Positions 47,765 to 57,939 are shown, numbered from the stretch's first letter. The stretch is 64,000 bases of DNA from Vampirovibrionaceae bacterium NZW_1234 (GCA_041697335.1 JBGUGD010000015.1:1-64000); one strand, 5' to 3'. Program-made: numbers and translations. Notes: generated by a model from the letters alone, not told the origin.

Positions 47765-48454
47765 CTACGATTCCTTCTTGGCCGGAGCCGAGGAATTACC
47801 GGAACCAGTAGAATTTGTGGAACCTGACTTAGCATCAGGTGTTGTAGACTGTTTTGCTGTATCCTTTTCTTCAGCTTTAGTGTCAGTCTTAGCTTCAGGC
47901 TTAGAATCCGCTTTTGCCTCAGGCTTATCCTCGGGCTTGGTCTCAGCTGTTTGAGCATCGCCTTCGGTATTGGGCTTATCTTCCGGTTTCGTCTCCGCCT
48001 TGGCATCTTTAAAGCGGGTCATTAACTTTTGAAGTGCAGCCATTGCCGCTTGGGTTTGAGCCGGATTGGCTTGCTGTTGATTACTTTGATTACTTTTTAC
48101 TGTCATTGCCGGGTTTTGAAGCATTTGGAACACCGGCTGCAAAGACAATAAATTCTGCAATGGGCTCATCGCTTGTTGGCGCTGAGTGAACGCAGCATTG
48201 TACTGGTCCAACCGAGCGAACAGATCGCCGCCGCCGCCAAAACTCATACTGGAGCCTAAACCAAAACTTGCGCCACCAACCATTCCTCCGAGGCCAAAAG
48301 CACCTAGGCCTCCGCCTCCACCGCCGCCGCCGCCCAACATTCCCAGAATGTTGTTTCCGCCCATCATCGGGTTCATTGCCGAGGCGTTGAACATAGACCC
48401 GCGTGTCAGGTTATACATCTGAGCGTGATTAATAATGTCGGCTGCTAAAGACAC
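47765..48454 (-). CDS. Gly/Met/Gln-rich low-complexity orphan protein
   Basis: GTG start after GGAGGAG; poly-Gly run, Gln-rich helix, repeated AETKPEDKP. Confidence 0.7.
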   Translation of the reverse strand: MSLAADIINHAQMYNLTRGSMFNASAMNPMMGGNNILGMLGGGGGGGGGLGAFGLGGMVGGASFGLGSSMSFGGGGDLFARLDQYNAAFTQRQQAMSPLQNLLSLQPVFQMLQNPAMTVKSNQSNQQQANPAQTQAAMAALQKLMTRFKDAKAETKPEDKPNTEGDAQTAETKPEDKPEAKADSKPEAKTDTKAEEKDTAKQSTTPDAKSGSTNSTGSGNSSAPAKKES

Positions 48455-48665
48455 AACAACTTCTCCTCCAAGTCTGACGAAGACCTAACCAAGTCAATTA
48501 AGTTTAATGAGTTATGTCTGACTACACCAAATAAAAACAATCATTTTTTCAGGATTGCCTGACAGAGTTTATTTTGAAACATTTTGTTACATTTATTTGT
48601 CATCCACAAAAAGAAGTCCTCCATCGCACAGAGACGACAAAGGACTTCGATTCGAATGGAGCTCT

Positions 48666-49532
48666 CTATTTTTGAACGATTTCAACAATCTCTTTATCTT
48701 TTGCAGCTGACGCATCGGGCTTGGCCTTTGCTCCAATGGAATTTGGGTGGGTGTTAGCCCAAAGTTCCTCAAATTCAGCCGTTGCCGTCTCCCCGACCAG
48801 CTTGACCAATTCTGGCGAAACCGATGAAAAGGGCTCACCAGCTTTTAACTGCTGAACGAGTGTTTCCAGTTGGTTTTTAATCACCAGTTGCCGATCTGTA
48901 ATGCGTTTACCATAGTGGTGATCCATGGCAGCCTTCCAGCCTAAGGTGGCCAATGTCATGGCACCACTGGCGATACCCAATCCTGCCGGAACTCGACTCA
49001 AGGGTTCCGTATGAACATGATCGCCATGGCCGTGGTTGACCACATGCAAGGTTTGAGACTCAGTTTGATTCATCGCCAAGACACTTTGAGTAATTCCGAG
49101 GGCAGATACACCCGCAATAGAAATCAGGGTCATCGTATTAACCCGACCTGCATTCTTGGCATAGTGCCGAATTTTGGCATCGTGCTGTAAAGCAATGGGT
49201 AACAATAAGTTGGTCCATAGACTATCTGATACGGCAGAGGTTGAGGAAACACGGCCTTTCAAAGCCATCACCTGTGCCCCACTAGCCACACCGGCAGCAG
49301 CTCCTGGTGCACTGCCTTCGCCCCCATGATGGGCGATTTGAACGGGTTCTGGTGTAAATTGAATAGTCTGGGTCGTATCAATGTCAGCAGCTGTCACAGT
49401 GGGGGCCGAGACAGACGAAACAGACGTAATCCCATGGCTTTGAGCCAATGGAACCAGACCGGCGAGAGCAATACTGCAAAGGGCAAGACTTGCTGCACAC
49501 TTTCGTGCAGAAAACAACAGAGAAAGTACCAT
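48666..49532 (-). CDS. Exported/membrane hypothetical protein with His clusters
   Basis: Signal peptide (ATG 49532 after AAGGA); two hydrophobic helices flanking HVVNHGHGDHVH; HHGGEG. Confidence 0.65.
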   Translation of the reverse strand: MVLSLLFSARKCAASLALCSIALAGLVPLAQSHGITSVSSVSAPTVTAADIDTTQTIQFTPEPVQIAHHGGEGSAPGAAAGVASGAQVMALKGRVSSTSAVSDSLWTNLLLPIALQHDAKIRHYAKNAGRVNTMTLISIAGVSALGITQSVLAMNQTESQTLHVVNHGHGDHVHTEPLSRVPAGLGIASGAMTLATLGWKAAMDHHYGKRITDRQLVIKNQLETLVQQLKAGEPFSSVSPELVKLVGETATAEFEELWANTHPNSIGAKAKPDASAAKDKEIVEIVQK

Positions 49533-49845
49533 GGTACAAACATCCTTCTTCCAATTCCACAACGTTGATGCCAAAAATTCGTTGTTCTCTTTCAGGTTAG
49601 CAAATTCAACACGTCCGAATAACCTCACCCCCCGGGGGGGACCCCCCTCTCCATCCTCGTGGTTTAAATCATTGATTCGGAGCATCGAAAGGCAAAAAGC
49701 CAGTAAACCAAGGGACTCAGACCTTGATATTACATTTTATTAATTATTTCAGAAGAACCTATCACAAGAATTTATATGATTGTTTTTATGCACATAGGAA
49801 AGAAACAATGTTTTGTCGCCCCCCGTGGCGGAGGAGTAAGAAAGC

Positions 49846-50298
49846 ATGTTGAACTATACAGGATTCGGTCTCCAGACCCAACAACAAAATGTAACGGCAG
49901 ATGGTGTAAGCAACGCAACGTTTCGGTCTTTTTATAACAATGGATACACCCGCACCCGCTTGCGGATCGATTCCAGTCTTCCAACTTACGGTGCGACCAC
50001 CAACTTCCAGTCCAAGGAATTCTCCAACTTTGCCTACCTTGGCGCCTTGGATCACCTCAGCAATCAGTTCTATCCCGGCAGCCCCAACCCGGTCTTAATG
50101 CTGCCATTCAGCTTCCGATATTCCAACCCCGACAACATCCCTTCAATGTCCGGGTACAACAATATCGGGCTACTCGGCCAGCAACTCGGCATGGGTGGCG
50201 GTATGACCAGTGGCTTCCCGCAGCAATTCGGTCCATTCGGAATGCCAATGGCCAACCCACAATTCCTGCCCCCAACACAATTGGGCTTCCGGTTCTAA
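49846..50298 (+). CDS. Asn/Gly/Phe/Pro-rich low-complexity orphan protein
   Basis: GGAGGAG RBS; terminator downstream. Confidence 0.7.
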   Translation: MLNYTGFGLQTQQQNVTADGVSNATFRSFYNNGYTRTRLRIDSSLPTYGATTNFQSKEFSNFAYLGALDHLSNQFYPGSPNPVLMLPFSFRYSNPDNIPSMSGYNNIGLLGQQLGMGGGMTSGFPQQFGPFGMPMANPQFLPPTQLGFRF

Positions 50299-50327
50299 AA
50301 TCATTTAAGAAAAAAACCTTTCAACGC

Positions 50328-50357
50328 AACAAGCACTGCTTACCAGCAGTGCTTGTT
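50328..50357. terminator. Bidirectional terminator
   Basis: AACAAGCACTGCT-tacc-AGCAGTGCTTGTT. Confidence 0.8.
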
Positions 50358-50388
50358 TCAGTTTATTCTGTATGCAAAATGACAGCTC

Positions 50389-50622
50389 CTAGCCGATTAG
50401 GCCGTCACCGATATCAATTTCGCTGGCTTTCATAATCAAGGCCTGGTAGATCACCTTCTCTAATGAAGTGTTCCCACCCATGCCAAACATATCGTCATCG
50501 CCTTTGGTACGGGCATCTTCCAATAAGCGCTTTGCTAAATCGGCAATTTCCAAAACCAACGCATACTTGTTATCAACTTTTTCATTCAGATCCGAAGCGA
50601 TTTGGGTAATGGTTGAAGACAT
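50389..50622 (-). CDS. rpoZ: RNA polymerase omega subunit
   Basis: 77 aa; NKYALVL.IA..AKRL and K.I..AL patterns; GGAGG RBS. Confidence 0.75.
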   Translation of the reverse strand: MSSTITQIASDLNEKVDNKYALVLEIADLAKRLLEDARTKGDDDMFGMGGNTSLEKVIYQALIMKASEIDIGDGLIG

Positions 50623-50758
50623 AAACGAGCGATTCCTCCACTGATTGTCTTAGCCCGTAGGCCATAGTCTATTGTAAGAAAGGGTTCCGTAGAATGTCAA
50701 ATACGGCAGATGGCTGCTGTCCATAATCCTCTGGGGCGCTTAGTAAGGCAAAGATCAA

Positions 50759-52627
50759 CTAAGATGCATTTGCTAGCGGTTTCTCAGCGGAAGAGTTCTG
50801 ACATTTGGCCCGGTGCACCATTTCGGCAAACTTCTGGACAAGTGTCGGATCCCAAATGGTACCTGCCCCTTCATGTAATATCTTCATCGCATCCTCAATG
50901 GACATAGCCTTGCGATAGGGGCGGTTGGAGGTTAAAGCATGAAAAGCATCGACAATGGAGACAACACGGGCGCCAATCGGAATGTTTTCACCCTTGAGGC
51001 CTTCCGGGTGACCATTGCCATCCCACTGCTCATGATGATATTCCACTAAGGGGACAATGTCTCTGAGGGCAGTAACCGGCTGCAGGATCTGCCGAGCACC
51101 AATCACCGGGTGTTGTTTCATAATTTCTTTTTCTTGCTCAGTTAACGGGCCAGGCTTATTCAGGATGCTTTCAGGAATCCCGATTTTCCCAATGTCATGA
51201 AAAAAGGCAGCCAGGCGAATCTTTTCCACATCAGCCGGAGGCAGTCCAATCGCATGAGACAAGGCAACCGCATAATTAGCAACAGACTGGGAATGACCAC
51301 GAGTATATTTGTCCTTGGCATCCATGGCACCAGCAAGCGAAGCCACCGTTTCCAGCATCAGACTCTCAGTTGTAGCTTGAGGCGACGTGCCGCCTACACG
51401 ACGCAGAAGAATGTCAAATAACTCAGAGCCGGTTTCCCCATATTGTTTGGCGATGCGATCCGTAAACACCTCTAGACGCTCCTGATCCGAAGCCATCTGC
51501 AACTCGGAGCCCAAAATAACAGAGGAGGCCGATGTTCGATCACTGTGGTGCTTACCAAAATGGAGGGCATTTTCAACCAATTGAATCATATCTTCTACTT
51601 CCTGAGAGTCTTCAGGGTAGCAGGCAATGCCAATGCTGATGGAAAAAGGCTTGATCTGCTTTTGAGGCGCATTAATCGACTGAACAATGCGATTCGCCAC
51701 ATCCAAGGCACCTTGGCTATCGCTTTCTGGCAAAATCACAGCAATCTCATCACTGCCATAACGAGCTACTGTGTCAATCCCGCGAACTTCATGCTTGACC
51801 ATAGAAGCAAGGCGGGCAATAGCCCGATCGCCCATTTGGTGGCTGTAGTGCTCGTTGTAAGTTTTCAGATTGTTGATGTCAATTAAAAGCAGGCTCAACG
51901 GGAAGCCTTCGCAGGCTGCCCGACGCACTTCCTTCTTCAGTACCTGATGAAAGGAACTATGCGTAATCAATCCGGTCAGGTTATCCAATTGCGGTTGGTT
52001 CTGGAGTCGTTCCTGAAGAATCAAATTCCATACCACATGGGCCAGATGATCCCGCAGCAGATACACATAAGACAGCTTAGCCTGAGAGAAACTGTCCAGT
52101 GCATCGAAGCCTAGAGTAATAACAGCAATGGTTCGATTACCTGCAATAAGGGGAATACTAAATATATTGTATTTCTCTCGGGCTGGATCCTCTACAAAAG
52201 GTGCCACCTCACGTCCCAGGTCAAAGGCACGGTTGGTGAATGTGGTATCACAACGAGTCACCGTTTTAATCAAGTGGTTTTCTCTATCGCACAAGGGAAT
52301 AAACTCACCTTGCAAGGGGCGATCGGCACTGGGCCAAATGAAGCGAAGGCGCAATAATTCAGCTGTTTCATCCACCACGGAAAACATGATAAATTCGGGC
52401 TCAGAACTGGTTCTGAGACGTTTCATCAGGAAATACCAAATATCCTCTAGGCTACTCGCAGAAATGATCAGCTTTTTAACATCTTCATCCGGCGACAGAG
52501 CCTTTAATCGATTGTGCCGTCCGGGCTCACGTCCAAATTCGTGGCCTTCAGACCGGATTAACTCATTGGTAATGGTATCCAACCAATTCGAAGTTTGCAC
52601 CCGAACATTCTGAATCAACCGCTTCAC
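50759..52627 (-). CDS. GAF-like + degenerate GGDEF + HD-GYP c-di-GMP signalling protein
   Basis: DNLTGL, RGID-TVARY-GSDEI, HS..VA, HDIGK, HHEQWDG.GHP. Confidence 0.9.
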   Translation of the reverse strand: MKRLIQNVRVQTSNWLDTITNELIRSEGHEFGREPGRHNRLKALSPDEDVKKLIISASSLEDIWYFLMKRLRTSSEPEFIMFSVVDETAELLRLRFIWPSADRPLQGEFIPLCDRENHLIKTVTRCDTTFTNRAFDLGREVAPFVEDPAREKYNIFSIPLIAGNRTIAVITLGFDALDSFSQAKLSYVYLLRDHLAHVVWNLILQERLQNQPQLDNLTGLITHSSFHQVLKKEVRRAACEGFPLSLLLIDINNLKTYNEHYSHQMGDRAIARLASMVKHEVRGIDTVARYGSDEIAVILPESDSQGALDVANRIVQSINAPQKQIKPFSISIGIACYPEDSQEVEDMIQLVENALHFGKHHSDRTSASSVILGSELQMASDQERLEVFTDRIAKQYGETGSELFDILLRRVGGTSPQATTESLMLETVASLAGAMDAKDKYTRGHSQSVANYAVALSHAIGLPPADVEKIRLAAFFHDIGKIGIPESILNKPGPLTEQEKEIMKQHPVIGARQILQPVTALRDIVPLVEYHHEQWDGNGHPEGLKGENIPIGARVVSIVDAFHALTSNRPYRKAMSIEDAMKILHEGAGTIWDPTLVQKFAEMVHRAKCQNSSAEKPLANAS

Positions 52628-52728
52628 ACGCTGCTCCCGATGAACTTACATCGTACGCCACTCTTCTTATGATCATAGCACGGCTTTACGAAATGGATGG
52701 GCCCGTGTTCAGGCCTCTTACACAAGCG

Positions 52729-53910
52729 TTACTCTGCGTGGAAGGGACGCCAAATCCCGCCGCCACAAACTGGATGACGAGCCCCCGTACAGGAGGGCAC
52801 CGTATTGGGCAATCCCATCTTTCGCGCGTATCCCAACATTGCAAAGGCAATTGCCTCTTTATATTTGCTATCCAGACCCACGGCCTCTAAAGTTTTCACA
52901 ACAATACCAGGAGACTCCAGACGCTGCTGAAGGCGAGACATCAACGTTGGATTCAACGCGCCTCCACCCGCAACAAAAACTTCCTTTACTGGCATCTGAG
53001 GCAATATAAAACGTTCATATGCCTGGGCTACGGTTTCAACCGTTAATTGAGTTGCGGTAGAGACAAGGCTTTCAGGTGACACGGAGGCTCGCCATTGCTG
53101 GAGTACCTGCTCGGCATAAGCCCGCCCGAAACGTTCACGCCCCGTAGATTTGGGGGGCCTTTGGGCATAATACTCATCTGCCAGCAAAGCCTGCAACATC
53201 GGCCCGTGGACCTCACCGGATTGGGCAACCAAGCCATCAGCATCATAGGGTTGCTGATAGAGAATCTCCATGAACGCATCCATCAGCATATTGCCAGGCC
53301 CTGTATCAAAGGCCAAGGGCATATGCCCTCCATCCGCCAGAGCAGGCAGAGCGGTTAAGTTCGCAATTCCGCCTATATTCTGAAGCGCTCGGGGATGATG
53401 CTCGTCCTGAAATAGCATGAGATCAGCAAAAGGCACTAAAGGAGCACCATGACCGCCTGCAGCCATATCTGTTGGACGAAAATCCGCCACTACTTCCAAT
53501 CCGGTCATCTCGGCAATCATTGCCGGATGTCCAATTTGAAGGGTACTACCCAGATGTGTTGCACTGGGTGGAATATGATAGATGGTCTGCCCGTGAGAAG
53601 CAATCAGATCCGTGCGAATCCCCTGCTGTTCCAGCTTCAGCATCAACTTTAAAGCAGCCTGACCAAACATGGCTCCCACTTCCGCATTCAGCCGGCAAAC
53701 ATCCGCCAAAGCAACCATGGGCTTAGACATAAGCGCCAGTAAGGCTTCCCTCATCGGACCTGGGATGTCAAATGTTTCTGTTCCCAGAACCTTGAACTCG
53801 GCCAACCGAAGGGGGTTTACATCAAAAGACACCCGAATACTTGCAGCATCAATACTGTCAACCGAGGTGCCCGACATTAGTCCGATTACATGAAGCGGTT
53901 GCGTCTGCAT
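52729..53910 (-). CDS. anmK: Anhydro-N-acetylmuramic acid kinase
   Basis: GLMSGTS.D, SHGQT, NIGGIAN, FDTGPGN and KSTGRE.F motifs. Confidence 0.96.
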   Translation of the reverse strand: MQTQPLHVIGLMSGTSVDSIDAASIRVSFDVNPLRLAEFKVLGTETFDIPGPMREALLALMSKPMVALADVCRLNAEVGAMFGQAALKLMLKLEQQGIRTDLIASHGQTIYHIPPSATHLGSTLQIGHPAMIAEMTGLEVVADFRPTDMAAGGHGAPLVPFADLMLFQDEHHPRALQNIGGIANLTALPALADGGHMPLAFDTGPGNMLMDAFMEILYQQPYDADGLVAQSGEVHGPMLQALLADEYYAQRPPKSTGRERFGRAYAEQVLQQWRASVSPESLVSTATQLTVETVAQAYERFILPQMPVKEVFVAGGGALNPTLMSRLQQRLESPGIVVKTLEAVGLDSKYKEAIAFAMLGYARKMGLPNTVPSCTGARHPVCGGGIWRPFHAE

Positions 53911-53916
53911 ATTAGG

Positions 53917-54441
53917 CTAGGACCGGCTTGATTCGGAAGGCTTAGGAGCAAAGGTACAGCTCGGATGAATCGCAAGCCATTCCAGTTTCCGAAGGAAGCG
54001 AATAAGCGCATTCTCTTTGTGTTTGGACAGCGACTCAACCAAAATGGTTTTTGATCCTAATCGATGCCCACCCCAGATATCAGTCAAAGGCCGATCGCCC
54101 ACAATGGCCACTTCATGCGGATCCATACCCAAGATTTCCACCGCCCGGTACAATTGTTTGCGGCGAGGTTTACCTGCGTTTCCAATGACCGGCATATTCA
54201 CCACTTTTTCTGCTTCGCGCGTATACATGGCCCTGGGATTGTTGCTGACCACAATGGAGCGAAACCCCATCTTGTCAATGCGCTTAAGCCAACCTGCAAC
54301 CTTATCATCCAATACTCCCGTATTCGGAGCCATAATGGTATTATCCAGGTCGAAAATAAACCCACGAACCCCTTGTTCCCAAAGTGCTACCAGATCAATA
54401 TCCACAACGTGTTCTACCACGTAGGTCGGTTTAAGCCACAA
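53917..54441 (-). CDS. yqeG: YqeG family HAD IIIA phosphatase
   Basis: FDLDNT, VSNN, KP and VGDR.LTD motifs. Confidence 0.9.
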   Translation of the reverse strand: MWLKPTYVVEHVVDIDLVALWEQGVRGFIFDLDNTIMAPNTGVLDDKVAGWLKRIDKMGFRSIVVSNNPRAMYTREAEKVVNMPVIGNAGKPRRKQLYRAVEILGMDPHEVAIVGDRPLTDIWGGHRLGSKTILVESLSKHKENALIRFLRKLEWLAIHPSCTFAPKPSESSRS

Positions 54442-55711
54442 CGGGACTGCGCTCCTTTCTTCGAATCAAAGACCACCGAAGTGATTCGGGATTCACCCCA
54501 GCAGGAGGCTGCACCCATACCCACTGGTTCGGTTGAATACATTGGGTCTTAAACCCCTGTTCATCAACAGCTTCGGTTAAAACAACATCATAACATCCAT
54601 CGGGTGTCATCCAGACCAAAGCATCTTCCAGAGAAAACCGATTACGGCCCTGGATACGTATTTGACCATCGGCATTAAGCTCCCCGTCCGTACTGGCGAC
54701 AAAAACCGCTTGCGCCTGACTTTGAGAGCTTTGATAGTGATAAGCCTGATTCGTAGGCTTACCGTGAAGAAAGCCCTCGGTAAAACCGCGGTTGGCTGTA
54801 TCGGCTAACTCAGACTCCCAACGGGCAATCTGCTCAGGCAGGACTCGTCCGTCATTGGCACAGAAGGCATCAATTGCCTCACGGTATACTCGACCAACAG
54901 TCGCCACGTAATGGACCCCTTTGGTTCGGCCTTCGGCCTTAAACGAACAGATCCCGGCCTGCATCAGCTCAGGCAAAAAACGAACCAAACAGAGATCTTT
55001 GGAATTGAGCATATAGGTGCCCCGCTCGTCTTCAACCAAGGTATAGGTTTCATCAGGACGATTCTTTTCGACAACGTCAAACTCCCAACGGCAACTGTTG
55101 CCACACATACCCTTATTGGAGTTTTTGGTATTGTCGGTCAAATAATCGCTGATAACGCATCGTCCCGAATAGGCCACACATAACGACCCATGCACGAAGC
55201 ATTCCAGCTCCAGATCCGGCAATTTTTCGTGAATTTCAGCCATTTCTCGAACGGGCACTTCCCGAGCCAAAATCACACGCTCCGCCCCAGCATCCTGCCA
55301 AAATGCACATGCGCTGACGTTCAGCACATTCGCCTGGGTGCTCACATGAATGGGAACATGAGGAGCATGGATTCGAGCCAGCCGAAAAATGCCAGGGTCG
55401 CTAATAATCAACGCATCTGGGCGAATAGATTCAAGCTGCTCCAGATGAGGCACGACACGGTCTAAATCACGGTTATTTGCAAAAATATTCAACGTAACAT
55501 AAGCTTTGACGCTTCGCTCTTGGCAATAGCGAACCCATGTGGATAAATTTTGTGGCGTAAATTGTTCGCCTTTGGATGGCGTTCGTAAGCTGGCCATCGG
55601 CAACCCAAGATACACAGCATCAGCGCCATAGGCTACCGCATATTGTAATTTTTCCGGGTCTCCGGCGGGCAGAAGCAGTTCCGGTTTCATCATCTTTGAC
55701 AGGACACTCAT
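54431..55711 (-). CDS. U32 family protein (TrhP/YegQ-like tRNA hydroxylation)
   Basis: PELLLPAG, YGADAVY, E.FVHG.LC..YSGRC...G.C...CR and K.EGR motifs. Confidence 0.92.
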   Translation of the reverse strand: MSVLSKMMKPELLLPAGDPEKLQYAVAYGADAVYLGLPMASLRTPSKGEQFTPQNLSTWVRYCQERSVKAYVTLNIFANNRDLDRVVPHLEQLESIRPDALIISDPGIFRLARIHAPHVPIHVSTQANVLNVSACAFWQDAGAERVILAREVPVREMAEIHEKLPDLELECFVHGSLCVAYSGRCVISDYLTDNTKNSNKGMCGNSCRWEFDVVEKNRPDETYTLVEDERGTYMLNSKDLCLVRFLPELMQAGICSFKAEGRTKGVHYVATVGRVYREAIDAFCANDGRVLPEQIARWESELADTANRGFTEGFLHGKPTNQAYHYQSSQSQAQAVFVASTDGELNADGQIRIQGRNRFSLEDALVWMTPDGCYDVVLTEAVDEQGFKTQCIQPNQWVWVQPPAGVNPESLRWSLIRRKERSPVVA

Positions 55712-55775
55712 TACACTTTTGCTTAGCTTTCTTCTAAAATAAATTTTAGCTCAGAGACAGGTTCGAGAATACTGT

Positions 55776-56489
55776 ATGGTGAAACCCAACCTTGCCCCCA
55801 AAACCCAAACAGCAGGGTTTATGATTTTTAGCAGCTTAATGCTGCTCATTTTAAGTGCTGTGGTGCTAGGCCTTTTCCTGAACCACTTACAAATCCAAGA
55901 AGAAGCCGAGATGGCACCAACACGACGCATTCAGGACTTGGTATCGCTTCTCAAGCAGGCTGAGAGCCGCAGGGATAGCCTGGAAAAAGAAGTCGCCGAA
56001 CTTCGCCGGAAAGCCGTCAGTTCTGAGAACCCTGCCCAGGCCCAAGATCCAGAACTCAAGAAGCTCTATGAAATTGCCGGCTTCACCCCTGTCAGTGGCG
56101 CAGGTATTACCATTACGTTGCAGGACAGCAAGGAACCTGTCCAAAATGATGCCCATGCTGATCCCAATGCTGGAAAACTTCAAGCAGAAGACCTTCTAAA
56201 GCTTATTAATGAGCTAAAAGCGGCAGGCGCCAAAGCGCTAGCTATTAACGATCAGCGGATTATTGTGACAACAGAAGTTGTCCCAGCCGGACAAACCATT
56301 TCCGTCAACCAGACGCACCTCTCGCAACCGGTCGTGGTCAAAGCCATCGGCGACCCGGACGTCCTATATAACGCGTTGAAAATCCGAGGGGGCGTCATGG
56401 AATACCTGGACTTTTTCAATATCAAGGTCACCATGGCCAAAAAAGAGGATGTGACCGTGCCCGCATATAAAGGCACCTTTGCCCACTAA
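55776..56489 (+). CDS. DUF881 domain-containing protein
   Basis: TM plus coiled coil; AG...V.G.GI.ITL.D, DL..LINEL.AAGA..IN and AIGDP motifs. Confidence 0.9.
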   Translation: MVKPNLAPKTQTAGFMIFSSLMLLILSAVVLGLFLNHLQIQEEAEMAPTRRIQDLVSLLKQAESRRDSLEKEVAELRRKAVSSENPAQAQDPELKKLYEIAGFTPVSGAGITITLQDSKEPVQNDAHADPNAGKLQAEDLLKLINELKAAGAKALAINDQRIIVTTEVVPAGQTISVNQTHLSQPVVVKAIGDPDVLYNALKIRGGVMEYLDFFNIKVTMAKKEDVTVPAYKGTFAH

Positions 56490-57646
56490 GCCGACTTACT
56501 ATCCGGTGAGGAGGATGGCCAAAGGTCGTTGAAGGGCAGGTCAGTCATTGCGCCCAAAGCCCCTATGGGACTCGGGCTCAGCACCTGAGAAAACCAAGCG
56601 GCTACTCGTTGCCCAAAGGCCTCAAGAGAATAAACCTCTTGAACATGATGCCGGCATGTCTGCCTGTCAATACTGCCCACGAGCAAAAGCGAAGAGACCA
56701 GAGCCGCAACGTTATTTTCAACAATCCAACCCGTTTTCCCATCAACAACCATCTCAGCTGCCGAGCTATCGTTATAGGCAATCACAGGCACCCCACATGC
56801 CAATGCCTCCAGAACGACCATACCAAAAGCCTCAGCCTTGGCGGAAGTCATTAACAAGCCCTTGGCGTGCTTTAAGTAGGCCTGAAGTTGTTCTGTCGGA
56901 AAGCTTCCCTGATAGGAAATCGGCGCCCCAGTATAATGTCGGCATAGTTCACGCCAATAGGCCTCATCTTCAATCAGGCCGAAAATTCTCAGAGGTGTCC
57001 TGGTCATCGCAGACACAGCAATAGCATCTTCTAGCCCTTTCCCTGGCATAATTCTTCCCAACCAAGCCAACCAGTCTTCACCCTTAGGCGAAAACTCATA
57101 TTTCGAACTATCCAAGCCCATACCCAGAATCGGACAATTTGAGATACTTTGGTAACTCTGAACCAAAGATCGGCTTAGAAACCCCACTGTACCCGGGTAA
57201 GCTTCAGCCGTCTGTAAAACAACTTTCGTCATATGAGATGTTTGCGCGCTTAGGCTTATCAGATGCGCCACAGGCAAGGACAAGAAGGGGGTCAGGTAAA
57301 AAGGCAACCAATCATACGAAAGATTTAACACAAGGTCATAGTGTTTTTGCAACTGCTGAAGACGACGGCACATGTTGGCTAAAACTGAATCCACAGGGAT
57401 TTGGACACAATCTTGACTCTCTTGTGCGAGAGCTTTTGGCTGAAGATGCCCTGGCACTTCATATACATGAATCCCCGGCAAAGAAGAGCCTTCAGGGGCA
57501 ACCACATCCAATGTAAAGCCTTGTGCCAAACACACCTGGTGTAATGTTCGAAGCATCAGGGCCATTCCCGCAACCGGTCGCCCTCCTAAAACAGCCACAG
57601 GAGGTGCTAACACCACAATCCGTAACGCTTTTGATGCGGGTTTCAT
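56486..57646 (-). CDS. Glycosyltransferase family 4
   Basis: GRI.P.KG and EAFG.V.LEALACGVPV motifs. Confidence 0.9.
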   Translation of the reverse strand: MKPASKALRIVVLAPPVAVLGGRPVAGMALMLRTLHQVCLAQGFTLDVVAPEGSSLPGIHVYEVPGHLQPKALAQESQDCVQIPVDSVLANMCRRLQQLQKHYDLVLNLSYDWLPFYLTPFLSLPVAHLISLSAQTSHMTKVVLQTAEAYPGTVGFLSRSLVQSYQSISNCPILGMGLDSSKYEFSPKGEDWLAWLGRIMPGKGLEDAIAVSAMTRTPLRIFGLIEDEAYWRELCRHYTGAPISYQGSFPTEQLQAYLKHAKGLLMTSAKAEAFGMVVLEALACGVPVIAYNDSSAAEMVVDGKTGWIVENNVAALVSSLLLVGSIDRQTCRHHVQEVYSLEAFGQRVAAWFSQVLSPSPIGALGAMTDLPFNDLWPSSSPDSKSA

Positions 57647-57939
57647 AGCATTAATACAGTTAAAATTTGACCCATATCCATACTCCAGTTATCGGCCGTC
57701 ACACAGGTAACTTCAGTAACTTAAAAAAAATCCCGACAAACCTCTCTTCTTTACTAGCTTTGAAAAGAATTAGAGACCAAATCGCCCAAAAGAGGCATAT
57801 TTTTTCTGTCCGAATCAGCAATACTATGCCTATACAGGAGCTGCGTGGTACGTTGCCACGGCCGAATGCTCTATGGGTTTTGGTGTAGTGATGGATAGAC
57901 AATCAAGAGCTTTAGAGGCTCTGGTTAAGGAATGTATCA

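Noticed and set aside
49625..49660. C6-G7-A-C6 homopolymer run as a riboswitch or phase-variation tract
   Set aside because: No known aptamer consensus, the runs are short, and it lies upstream of the likely start codon.
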